DNA of 64,000 nucleotides from NCBI GenBank assembly GCA_965203905.1, contig CBDBDQ010000005.1, positions 4,544,001-4,608,000 of the forward strand, in the 5' to 3' direction. This document shows positions 1-8,584 of the stretch, in pieces (position 1 is the first letter of the stretch; each line of letters opens with the position of its first letter). The position numbers and the translations under genes were made by a program. Source of the DNA: Spirochaetia bacterium (GTDB lineage Bacteria; Spirochaetota; Spirochaetia; SZUA-6; Bin103). The notes beneath the pieces are model-generated. The model searched no databases. It had not been told where the DNA came from and saw only the letters and a program-made list of their open reading frames with translations.

Positions 1-112
1 GGCCGCGATCACTCCTGCGGGCGCCCTCCGCACTGTAGACAGGATACGTGCCGTTGGCATCGCCGATGCGGTACGCGGTTGTGACGACCGGCAGTTGCCG
101 AGGGATGCTCAC
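1..112 (-). CDS. RES-domain toxin, 5' part (runs off the window edge)
   Basis: Manual translation from GTG at 112 gives MSIPRQLPVVTTAYRIGDANGTYPVYSAEGARRSDRG, a typical RES N-terminus. The start overlaps the stop of the upstream Xre antitoxin (GTGA). Confidence 0.75.
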   Translation of the reverse strand, partial: MSIPRQLPVVTTAYRIGDANGTYPVYSAEGARRSDRG

Positions 113-582
113 ACGGCAACGCCAGCCTCCGCCCAGCGCAGCAGACTCAGCACGGCTTCTGCGCCAGCGGAGCTGGATCGCGCCGAGTCCAAAGGCCTAC
201 CACCGTTGAGCATCTGATGCGGGCGGTTAAGGAAGCCCTTAACCTGCTTAAGGTCGCCATGATAAGCGCGCCCAGCCGCGTCGATTACGCGCCCAAGAGA
301 ATAGATCCGTTCGCTGTGCTCCTTCGACAAGGCTTTGCCGCTCTTCTTCAGGCGTTGTAACGTGCCACTCGAAATCACCGGCCCTACAATCTCGGAACGG
401 TCCAGGTCGAGAACCTGGACCAGCGCATTGATGCAATGAGGCGGTAGCCCGTTCGCTACCATGTGCGCGAGAGCCACCTCATCAAACTCCTCGGTTACGT
501 CCAGCGAGAGCAGCCTGGCGAGCCGCAATGGCTCGCTCTCTACCAAGGCGTTGGGACTGGCGTAGGCTTGGAGTGGATTCAT
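109..582 (-). CDS. Xre/MbcA/ParS-type antitoxin of a RES-Xre TA pair
   Basis: HTH-like TLQRLKK..LSKEHSERI segment, plus C-terminal FLNRPHQMLNGGRPLD...GAEAVLSLL...G motif. Confidence 0.85.
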   Translation of the reverse strand: MNPLQAYASPNALVESEPLRLARLLSLDVTEEFDEVALAHMVANGLPPHCINALVQVLDLDRSEIVGPVISSGTLQRLKKSGKALSKEHSERIYSLGRVIDAAGRAYHGDLKQVKGFLNRPHQMLNGGRPLDSARSSSAGAEAVLSLLRWAEAGVAV

Positions 583-635
583 CAGCTCCTAATCAGTTGT
601 GTTGAAAGCGTGCGGTGCAAGATAGGCTGGCTGCC

Positions 636-2036
636 TTACGCACCGGCGCCGAGGAAGTGGGCGTCCTGCTCCTTGCGCAGCGCCCACAGCGTCGAACCCG
701 CGGGGCGCTCGACCATGGCGGCCGTGATCACGGACCCGGCTGGCACGTCGCAGGCCAGGCGGTTGCCGTTGCCCAGGTGGAACGGCAGCGGCGCCGCGGC
801 CGCCACCGGCACCGCCGGCAGCATCAGCGACTGCAGCTTCGGGCTGTGGTCGTCCGGAAACGTGTCTCCGGCGCTCAGGTCGACGTTGGCGCGCGCTACC
901 ACGTCGACCCGTGGCAACAACTCGCTGGTACCGGTAGGCGCCCCCAGGAGCCCGGCCCACAGCATGCTGAGCGGGGTCTCCACGCCGCACAGGTGGTAGG
1001 GGCGGTAGATCAGGGCGGCGCTGCCGCGGCGGTTGGCGAGCAGGCCCTTGCCCACCATGATGCGGCGCGAGTAATCGCTGGCGCTGTCCACCACCACGAA
1101 CACGCCGCCGCCCAAGCCCGCCTCCTGCGGCTGGCGGAGACAGATCACGGCATCGATCGCGCCATCACGGGTGAGGATGCCACCGTCTTCGCGCGCGCAG
1201 AGCACTTCCGGGATCTCCGCCACGCACACTATGGGTGCGTGCAGTTCCGGTACGTCGGGCAGCAGACCGGTGCCATTGGCGGCGATCGCCATCTCGCCGA
1301 GGTCCCAGCCGCCGACCGCGGGCAGCTCCCGCGCAATGTGGCGCCTGGTAGCTACTACGGGTTCGGCCGCCCGCGGCGGGATCGGATCGAAGGCGGGCGC
1401 GGTCGCGTCGTCCAGTGTCACCCGATAGTCGCGCTGCCGCGTCTGCCGGCTGACCGTGCGCTGCACCGGATCGTGCAGGTACTCGCCGTCGCACGCCTTG
1501 CCCCCGGCGATCACGTGCAGGCCCAGGGTGCGCGCCCAGTCGACCAGGCCGATCAACAGGCCGTGCTGGTCGCCGTCGACCGCGGTGTAGACTACTCCGG
1601 CGCGGTCGGCCCGGTGTTTCAGGATCGGTCCCACGGTGACGTCGGTTTCCTTGTTGACCATCGCCACGTGCTTGCCGTGCTGAATCGCTGCAGCCGCGTG
1701 GCGCGCCCCTGCTTCCGCGACCCCGGTGGCCTCCGCCACCAGCGTGATCGGCAGCTCCATCATCAGCGCGGCGTCTTCCAGCACCACCTTGGCGCCACGC
1801 TCCAGGGCGTCGAGCGCGGCGCCGCGGCTGGCGCAGACCGCGATGCGTTCGTCGTCCACGCCGGCGTGGCGGTACGCCTGGCGGCCCTTGTCCACGTCCA
1901 CGTCGGCCACCACGGCGACGTCCAGACGGGACATCGACTGCGCCTGGCAGACGATGGCGGTTGCGTAGTGACCGGTGCCGATCACCCCGGCCTTGACCAC
2001 CTGTTGTGGGGGTATCGAGTCGAGGGCGTGGATCAT
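636..2036 (-). CDS. NAD(P)-dependent oxidoreductase with C-terminal SAF domain (COG4091, homoserine dehydrogenase-like)
   Basis: GVIGTGHY Rossmann motif, NKETDVTVGP, DGDQHG, YRPYHLCGVE, SAF tail; start placed at MIHALD. Confidence 0.85.
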   Translation of the reverse strand: MIHALDSIPPQQVVKAGVIGTGHYATAIVCQAQSMSRLDVAVVADVDVDKGRQAYRHAGVDDERIAVCASRGAALDALERGAKVVLEDAALMMELPITLVAEATGVAEAGARHAAAAIQHGKHVAMVNKETDVTVGPILKHRADRAGVVYTAVDGDQHGLLIGLVDWARTLGLHVIAGGKACDGEYLHDPVQRTVSRQTRQRDYRVTLDDATAPAFDPIPPRAAEPVVATRRHIARELPAVGGWDLGEMAIAANGTGLLPDVPELHAPIVCVAEIPEVLCAREDGGILTRDGAIDAVICLRQPQEAGLGGGVFVVVDSASDYSRRIMVGKGLLANRRGSAALIYRPYHLCGVETPLSMLWAGLLGAPTGTSELLPRVDVVARANVDLSAGDTFPDDHSPKLQSLMLPAVPVAAAAPLPFHLGNGNRLACDVPAGSVITAAMVERPAGSTLWALRKEQDAHFLGAGA

Positions 2037-2134
2037 GGGCGCAGTACACCGCAACCGGGGTGGCGGCGCAACCGGCGCCATCGGCCGGCGATTGACGGAC
2101 GGTCGGGAGGCGCAGGATCATCGGCGCCCGGAAG

Positions 2135-2884
2135 GTGACGATGGCGAGCGGTGCACTGGCGGACGCGCAGGTTCGGGAGTTCCGGGAACGAGGCTACGTG
2201 GTGGTGCGCGGGCTGGTCTCGGCGGCGGAGCTGGAGCCGATGCTGGTCTCCTACCTGGCGGCGGCGCGTGGCGAGCGCATCGTCACCGGCTGGAATGACC
2301 GCCTGCAGCCGGGGCAGATCGTGCAGTTGGGGGACCCCTCGGCGAAGCTGGGCTGGCGCGGCATGCCCTACTTCGAGCGCATCTGCGCCATCGCCCGCGC
2401 GTTGGGCGGCGACGACATGGTGCTGGCCTACGACCAGATGATCTACAAGCAGCCGGGCCAGGAGACCGAGGTGCTGTGGCACCAGGACGCCGGCTACCAC
2501 TGGCAGGGCAGCGCCGGCGAGCGCGGCATCACCTGCTGGCTGGCGCTGGTGGACGTGACCCGCGACCAGGGCACCATGACCTTCCTGCCGGGAAGCCACC
2601 GCCACGGCATCGTGCCGCACCACTCGGCCCAGGACCGCAACCCGATCGGCGGCGCGCTGGAGGCGGAGGCGGACACCGGCGCCGCGGAGCAGGTGGAATA
2701 CCGCGCCGGCGACTGCAGCTTCCACCACGGCCGCACCCTCCACTACACCGGTGCCAACCGCACCGACCGGCCCCGCGCCAGCCTGTCCTCCCACTTCTGG
2801 CCGCTCGACTCCGCACGCCGCGACGCCCCCGAATGGTCCACGCCGGACTCGCCCGCCTCGGGCGCCTCGGGGAGCGGTGGTTGA
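2135..2884 (+). CDS. Phytanoyl-CoA dioxygenase family Fe(II)/2OG dioxygenase
   Basis: FRERGYVVV, WHQD, LPGSH, HHGRTLH...N...R motifs. Confidence 0.9.
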   Translation: MTMASGALADAQVREFRERGYVVVRGLVSAAELEPMLVSYLAAARGERIVTGWNDRLQPGQIVQLGDPSAKLGWRGMPYFERICAIARALGGDDMVLAYDQMIYKQPGQETEVLWHQDAGYHWQGSAGERGITCWLALVDVTRDQGTMTFLPGSHRHGIVPHHSAQDRNPIGGALEAEADTGAAEQVEYRAGDCSFHHGRTLHYTGANRTDRPRASLSSHFWPLDSARRDAPEWSTPDSPASGASGSGG

Positions 2885-2977
2885 CATGCGGCGCCGCGTT
2901 GTAGGGTATTACTTGCTGCGGCGACAGGCCCCCGCGGGTGTCGCCGACAACCATCTCAAAGGAGCAAAGGAGCTTCC

Positions 2978-4342
2978 ATGCGTAACCGCAATTCGCTCAG
3001 GACCCTCGGCCTGCTGCTCGTCGGGCTGGCGTTGGCCGCGGCCAACGTCTCTGCCGGCGGCGAGGACGAGGCCGCCGCCACCGGTCCCATCACCATCGGC
3101 CTGCTCAACGCCAAGGGCATGGCGTGGGCCAACAACGAGGATTTGATGGCCTCCCAGGCGGAGGAGTACAACCGCATCCATGGCACCGAGATCACCGTCG
3201 AGTCGTCGCTGGTGCCGTTCGAGAGCCTGCACGAGAAGGCGCTCACCGACTTCGTCTCCGGCACCGGTTCGTTCGACATGATCTCGGTGCTCGGCGACTG
3301 GCTGGCGGAGTTCATCCGCGGCGAGTTCCTGGAGCCGCTCGACGACTACCTCGCGGCTAGGCCCCCCGACGGCTACCCCGAGCAGTTCCCGCCGGCTCTC
3401 ATGTGGATGCAGACCGGCCCCGACGGCAGGATCTACGGTCTGCCGTTCCACGACGGACCGATCATGTTCTACTACCGCAAGGATCTGATCGCGGACCCGG
3501 ACAACCAGGCCGCGTACAAGGACCGCTACGGCTACGATCTGGGCGTGCCCAAGACCTGGGCGCAGTTCCGCGACCACGCCGAGTTCTTCACCACCGAGGA
3601 CAACTACGGCACCATCCTCGGCGCCAAGCAGGGCGGCCAGCAGCTCCCGTACGACTTCATGATCCTGCTCTACAACCACGGCGGGGAGATGTTCGACGAC
3701 GAGTGGCGCCCGGCGTTCAACGATGAAGCCGGTCTCGCCGCCATGGAGTTCTACGTCGACCTGCTCAACGTCTCCATGGTGGCCGATCCCGCTTCCACCA
3801 CCTGGGACGTGGGTGACAAGCTGGGACCGGTGCTGGAAGGCCGCACCGCGGTGGTGTGGGACTGGACCCACGTCGCGATGCTGTCGCTGCGCGAGGATCA
3901 GTCCAAGGTGGTCGGCCAGTTGGGCTGGACCACCATGCCGGTGGCGGAAGAGGGCATGACCCCCTACACCATGGACGACTACTGGGTGTGGTCGATCGGC
4001 TCGGCGAGCCGCCACAAGCAGCAGGTGTACGACTTCATCCGCTGGCAGGTAAGCCGCGAGAACGACGCCCTTACCTACACCAAGGGCAGCGGCGTGGGCG
4101 TGCGCTACGACAACTACCGCGACCCCGACATGATCGAGAAGTTCCCGTTCGTGACCGGCGTCGAGGAGGCGCTGAGCGTGAACTACTTCACGCCGCCGAA
4201 GGTTCCCGAGTATGCCCAGATCAACGACGTGATCGGCCTGGCCATGAGCGAGGTGATCGCCGGCCTGAAGGATGCGCAGACCGCGCTGAACGAGGCCGAG
4301 GAGAAGATCGACCAGATCATGCGCAAGGCCGGCTACTACTAG
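2978..4342 (+). CDS. Carbohydrate ABC transporter substrate-binding protein
   Basis: Signal peptide, YGLPF, YYRKDL, PKTW motifs; AAGGAG RBS upstream. Confidence 0.9.
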   Translation: MRNRNSLRTLGLLLVGLALAAANVSAGGEDEAAATGPITIGLLNAKGMAWANNEDLMASQAEEYNRIHGTEITVESSLVPFESLHEKALTDFVSGTGSFDMISVLGDWLAEFIRGEFLEPLDDYLAARPPDGYPEQFPPALMWMQTGPDGRIYGLPFHDGPIMFYYRKDLIADPDNQAAYKDRYGYDLGVPKTWAQFRDHAEFFTTEDNYGTILGAKQGGQQLPYDFMILLYNHGGEMFDDEWRPAFNDEAGLAAMEFYVDLLNVSMVADPASTTWDVGDKLGPVLEGRTAVVWDWTHVAMLSLREDQSKVVGQLGWTTMPVAEEGMTPYTMDDYWVWSIGSASRHKQQVYDFIRWQVSRENDALTYTKGSGVGVRYDNYRDPDMIEKFPFVTGVEEALSVNYFTPPKVPEYAQINDVIGLAMSEVIAGLKDAQTALNEAEEKIDQIMRKAGYY

Positions 4343-4363
4343 CAGCCCGGCCAGCCACGCGGC

Positions 4364-5407
4364 GTGAGCACCAGCGCCCCGAAACCGTCGCCTCGCGGCG
4401 TCGTTTTCGGCCCATCCCCACCGACCGTACGGAGCGCTGGCGGATCTGCCGCTGACGCGTCAATCCGGCAGGCTCCTAGCGCAGCGTCCCAGCCCCCACC
4501 GGCACCGCCGCCGGCCCCCACGGCCCGGCGGCGGTCGCCGTTCTTCATCCATCCAAACAAGCGCGTGCCGCTGCTGATGATGCTGCCGGCGCTGATCGTG
4601 CTGCTCGGAGTGGGGGTGTTTCCGCTCGGCAACTCGCTGCGGCTGGCGATGTCGCGCTGGACCCTTACCAAGGATCCGGCGCCGGTGTTCGCGGGTGCCG
4701 AGAACATCCGCGAGATGCTGGCCGATCCCCGCTTCGGCACGTCACTGAAGGCGACCACCGTGTTCACGGTGGGGTCGGTGACCAGCGAGCTGGTGATCGG
4801 GCTGGCGCTGGCGCTGCTCTTGTCACAGAAGCGCCGCTTCACCGAGGTGGCGCGCACCATCCTGCTGATCCCGATGATGATGACGCCGGTGGTGGTGAGC
4901 ATGTACTGGCGCTACATGCTGAACGGGGAGTTTGGCGTCATCAAGTACCTGCTGTCCCTGGTGGGCATCGACGCGCCGATCTGGACCGGCAAGGTGGCGT
5001 GGGCGATGCCCACCATCATCGTCATCGACGCCTGGCAGTGGACTCCGTTCGTGTACCTGATCCTGCTCGCCGGGCTGCAGAGCCTGCCACTGGACGTGAT
5101 GGAGGCGGCGCGCATCGACGGCGCCTCCGTCTGGCAGCGGTTCTGGCGCATCACCCTGCCGCTGCTGACGCCCTTCATCTACATCGCCGCCCTGCTGCGC
5201 TTCATGGACGCGTTCCGCTCCTTCGACATCGTGTTCGTGCTGACCGGCGGCGGCCCGGCCGACAGCACGCTCCTGGCCAGCATGTACGTCTACATGCAGG
5301 GGCTGCGCTTCTTCAACATGGGCTACGCGGCGGCGCTCTCCTACGTGATCGTGCTGATCGTGCTGGCGGCGGCCTACGTGTTCATCCGCCTGGAACGGGA
5401 GCAGTGA
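4364..5407 (+). CDS. Carbohydrate ABC transporter permease
   Basis: TM helices and EAARIDGAS (EAA loop); N-terminus overlaps a dispersed repeat. Confidence 0.9.
   Translation: MSTSAPKPSPRGVVFGPSPPTVRSAGGSAADASIRQAPSAASQPPPAPPPAPTARRRSPFFIHPNKRVPLLMMLPALIVLLGVGVFPLGNSLRLAMSRWTLTKDPAPVFAGAENIREMLADPRFGTSLKATTVFTVGSVTSELVIGLALALLLSQKRRFTEVARTILLIPMMMTPVVVSMYWRYMLNGEFGVIKYLLSLVGIDAPIWTGKVAWAMPTIIVIDAWQWTPFVYLILLAGLQSLPLDVMEAARIDGASVWQRFWRITLPLLTPFIYIAALLRFMDAFRSFDIVFVLTGGGPADSTLLASMYVYMQGLRFFNMGYAAALSYVIVLIVLAAAYVFIRLEREQ
4373..4485 (+). repeat. Dispersed ~110-bp palindromic repeat, copy 1
   Basis: Ungapped alignment to 43843-43955 with about 8 of 10 positions identical; hairpin CCGAAACCGTCG...CGTCGTTTTCGG. 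Confidence 0.85.
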
Positions 5408-5409
5408 GC

Positions 5410-6225
5410 ATGCACAAGCGGCTATCCATCGGAGCGCAGAACCTGGCCATCGTGCTGGTGCTGATCGTGGTGACGTTCCCCTTCGTGTGGGTGTTCCTCG
5501 CTTCCTTCAAGCCGAAGCAGGAGGTCTACGCGTACCCGCCAAAGTTCATCTTCCGGCCCACCTTCGAGAACTACACCCAGGCCCTGATCCGGGAGAAGTT
5601 CTACACCCACTTCGTCGATTCCGCCGTGGTCACGGTGGGGAGCACCTCGATTGCCCTGGTGGCCGGCTCCCTGGTGGCCTACGGCATCGCCCGCCATCGC
5701 CTAGGCGGCACGCCGTTCCGCTTCTTCCTGCTTGCCATGCGCACGCTGCCGGCGATCGCCATCGTGATCCCGGTCTACACCATGTTTCGGGAGTTGCGGC
5801 TGCTGGACACCTACTGGGCCCTGATCCTGGTGTACCCGGTGTACATGACGCCGCTGGTGGCGTGGATCATGGTCGGCTTCTTCCGCGAGGTCCCGCGTGA
5901 GATGGAGGAGGCGGCGCTGATCGACGGCTGCTCTCAGTGGGGCCTGTTCTGGCGCGTCGTGGTGCCGGTGGCCGCCCCCGGCCTGGTGGCGGTGGCGATC
6001 CTCAACTTCATCGGCGGCTGGAACGAGTTCCTGTTCGCCCTGATCCTCACCAGCCGCGACATCCAGACCACCCCGGTCGCCGCCGCCGGCTTCTCCACCA
6101 ACAAGGGCATCCTCTGGGGCGAGATGGCCGCCGTCGGCGTGACCGCCTCGATCCCGGTCATAGTCTTCGCCCTCATCGTCCAGAAACGCCTGGTCCGCGG
6201 CCTCACCCTCGGCGCCGTGCAGTAG
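5410..6225 (+). CDS. Carbohydrate ABC transporter permease
   Basis: EEAALIDGCS EAA loop, WNEFLFAL, C-terminal LVRGLTLGAV. Confidence 0.9.
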   Translation: MHKRLSIGAQNLAIVLVLIVVTFPFVWVFLASFKPKQEVYAYPPKFIFRPTFENYTQALIREKFYTHFVDSAVVTVGSTSIALVAGSLVAYGIARHRLGGTPFRFFLLAMRTLPAIAIVIPVYTMFRELRLLDTYWALILVYPVYMTPLVAWIMVGFFREVPREMEEAALIDGCSQWGLFWRVVVPVAAPGLVAVAILNFIGGWNEFLFALILTSRDIQTTPVAAAGFSTNKGILWGEMAAVGVTASIPVIVFALIVQKRLVRGLTLGAVQ

Positions 6226-6234
6226 AGGTCGCAG

Positions 6235-6579
6235 TTGGAACTGATGGAACTGATCACCCAGGCTCCTTGGCGCGAGGCGGTGACCTACCGGCACACGTGG
6301 CCCCATGAGTACGTACTGATCAAGAAGGACCGTCAGCAGGCACTGCTCTCTGCCATATGCGGTCGAATTGCGAACGGAGAAGGGGTCGAGGGCCACTTCT
6401 TCAGCAAGAAGTTCACCTATCTGTTCATTGGCGACTACAAGTACTGGACCTACACACCGTGCGCCGAGATCGAACTCGACGCCACCGAGGAGGACTTTGT
6501 CCTCAACCGGGCGATGCTATACCGTGATCACAGAGACTTCGACGTTCGACCAGGCGATACGGGTAGAAGGATCCAATAA
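6235..6579 (+). CDS. Hypothetical protein
   Basis: Protein-like 114-aa ORF (WREAVTYRHTWPHEY...YLFIGDYKYW) with normal codon usage. Confidence 0.65.
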   Translation: MELMELITQAPWREAVTYRHTWPHEYVLIKKDRQQALLSAICGRIANGEGVEGHFFSKKFTYLFIGDYKYWTYTPCAEIELDATEEDFVLNRAMLYRDHRDFDVRPGDTGRRIQ

Positions 6580-6592
6580 GGAGGACACAACG

Positions 6593-7699
6593 ATGTCCGA
6601 AAAAGCTGAGTATGACACGTTACTGGCCCATCTCGCATGGATGTTTGCATGCCGTCACGAGGACATCGCCGTGGAGGCCCTGGGATACATCCTTCAGTCA
6701 GAGTCCGCTCGCCGCGCGCTTGTGAAGCTGGCGCAGGACGCGGGAGCGGATCTCGACACAATTTCCAAAGTCCAGACACAAGCGATTGGCGACGATGCAT
6801 CGCGCCCTGATCTTGCTTGTACGGACCAATACGGTGATAACTGTCTTCTGATAGAAGCGAAATTCTGGGCCTACCTCACCAAGAATCAACCCAACTCATA
6901 CTTAGATCAACTCCCTGAGGGTAAGGCTCTTCTGTTCATCGCACCAGAAAAGAGAATTGGTACTCTTTGGGATGAACTTCAGAAAAAGACGTCCAGCTAT
7001 ACCTCACTTTCTATCCCAGGATCCGTGGTTAGTAGCCTGAGAACTCGCGAGAATAAGTTCCTGATGTTGACGAGTTGGGATCACCTGCTTGATCATCTGA
7101 GGAACTCCGTAGGCGCACAGCGAGAAGCAGAGATTCAACAACTGAGAGGACTCACAGCTGGAGCCGATACAACAGTTGAAAGGAAATTGGTGCCGGTTGG
7201 TCCCAACGAGCTCGACCTTGCAGGTCTGATCCGTGACGCCGCAGCAGGCGCAGCCACAGATGGCTACGCGATTACGTCCGGATTGAGAGCGACTCGTCGC
7301 CCGACAGGTTATGGTAAGTATCTGCTCGTTGCCGGCGCCGGAGCGTGGCTGGGAGTTGACACCAAGCACTGGGGATGCGATTCCGGGCCGAACACGCCTC
7401 TCTGGCTGCACTTTCAGCGCTGGACATCCGGGAGTCCCGAGTTGTCGGTCTCTTTTGACGAGGTATTACACTCATTCAAGGCACATGGCAAGAGTGATGC
7501 GCTTATTGACGGGAAGAACGTCTACGTTCCACTACCACTGCCCGAAGAGGTAAGAATCGATGAGGTGACCGATTTCGTGAAGCCGTTCAAGGGATCAAAG
7601 CAGATTCAGCCATTCCCGTATCCTGTGCAGTATGAAGAGGTTCTCAGGAAGGTTGTCGACGGCATCAAGGAAGTTGCCCGTGTCATCCGCGCTGGATGA
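6593..7699 (+). CDS. PD-(D/E)XK nuclease superfamily protein
   Basis: RPDL...LIEAKFWA..T.NQP..Y motif; strong GGAGG RBS before ATG 6593; lower GC than flanks. Confidence 0.75.
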   Translation: MSEKAEYDTLLAHLAWMFACRHEDIAVEALGYILQSESARRALVKLAQDAGADLDTISKVQTQAIGDDASRPDLACTDQYGDNCLLIEAKFWAYLTKNQPNSYLDQLPEGKALLFIAPEKRIGTLWDELQKKTSSYTSLSIPGSVVSSLRTRENKFLMLTSWDHLLDHLRNSVGAQREAEIQQLRGLTAGADTTVERKLVPVGPNELDLAGLIRDAAAGAATDGYAITSGLRATRRPTGYGKYLLVAGAGAWLGVDTKHWGCDSGPNTPLWLHFQRWTSGSPELSVSFDEVLHSFKAHGKSDALIDGKNVYVPLPLPEEVRIDEVTDFVKPFKGSKQIQPFPYPVQYEEVLRKVVDGIKEVARVIRAG

Positions 7700-8584
7700 T
7701 CGGGCCAAGAGTGGAGTTGTGCTACCTGAACGGTAGTAGAGTAACATCTTTTTTTGGCTCTGTGTCGTATCCTTCGTGGCGGCTGGCAATCCAACCGGGG
7801 TATCGTTGGATGATTTCCGCCGCCGTAGGAATCAATCAGTGTATCAGTATGCGGGGAGTTCCCGCTTCAGCCCGTTGATCAGCAACGCGAGTAACCCAGA
7901 AACTGCTCAGCCACAAAGGGGTCGAGCTCTGTCGGAGCTGGCCATGAATCTGGGCGAAGATATGAATGACCGCCACCGCACCGTTGGAGGTAAAGCCGTC
8001 GAGTGGGATGCTGGCGATCGACTGTGCGCCGCCATCCGGCAGCAACAGATGGGCGAGGAGCGAGCTATGGTGACGGCCGCAAGTGCGACAAAGACCCATT
8101 TGGCAATGGCGGCACCGCGAAAAACGGTTGGTGACCGGTTGCGGGGACAGATTGTTGAGCATGAGCTTGGACCTCGGTACGGAGATGGTTCATCGCCCCC
8201 CCGGGGCGTGTCAATTCCCGTAGCGCTGTCGCTGCCGGCGCGACGCGATCGCGTAGCATGCGCGCACCGCCGCTACCGCCCGACATAGGTGCCGCGCTCG
8301 GCCATGAGCGCGAGCATCAAAGCCGGTTCACGCAGCCATCGCGCGCCGGCACGTGCTGAAGCGTTGTACTGGGACGCAGCGGATTCTTACCGAGCTACCG
8401 GATGACCGCCATCTGGCTCCGCACGTTGCGGCCGGCTGAGAGTTGGTTGCGGGGCAGCGCGGGGCGTACCGGCGCTTGACGCTCGTCGGCGTCAGTCGCA
8501 GGATGGGGAGGAACGGTTGCCTGCGCTGACTGGGTCTGAATACTCCTGCGATCCGGCGAACGTGGCACCGCTGAAGACGTCCAA

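Noticed and set aside
615-2138. Long antisense and alternate-frame ORFs (also 48933-50264, 60072-61328, the 5' part of 56363-58990 and many others)
   Set aside because: Shadow ORFs of high-GC coding sequence; they overlap well-supported genes and lack motifs
8203-8220. GGCGTGTCAATT shared with ~28485 as an IS end
   Set aside because: Only 12 bp, no partner inverted repeat or adjacent transposase; could be chance
7776-8288. 170-aa ORF as a remnant of a modification gene
   Set aside because: No methyltransferase, HsdS or Dnd motif recognisable; left unassigned
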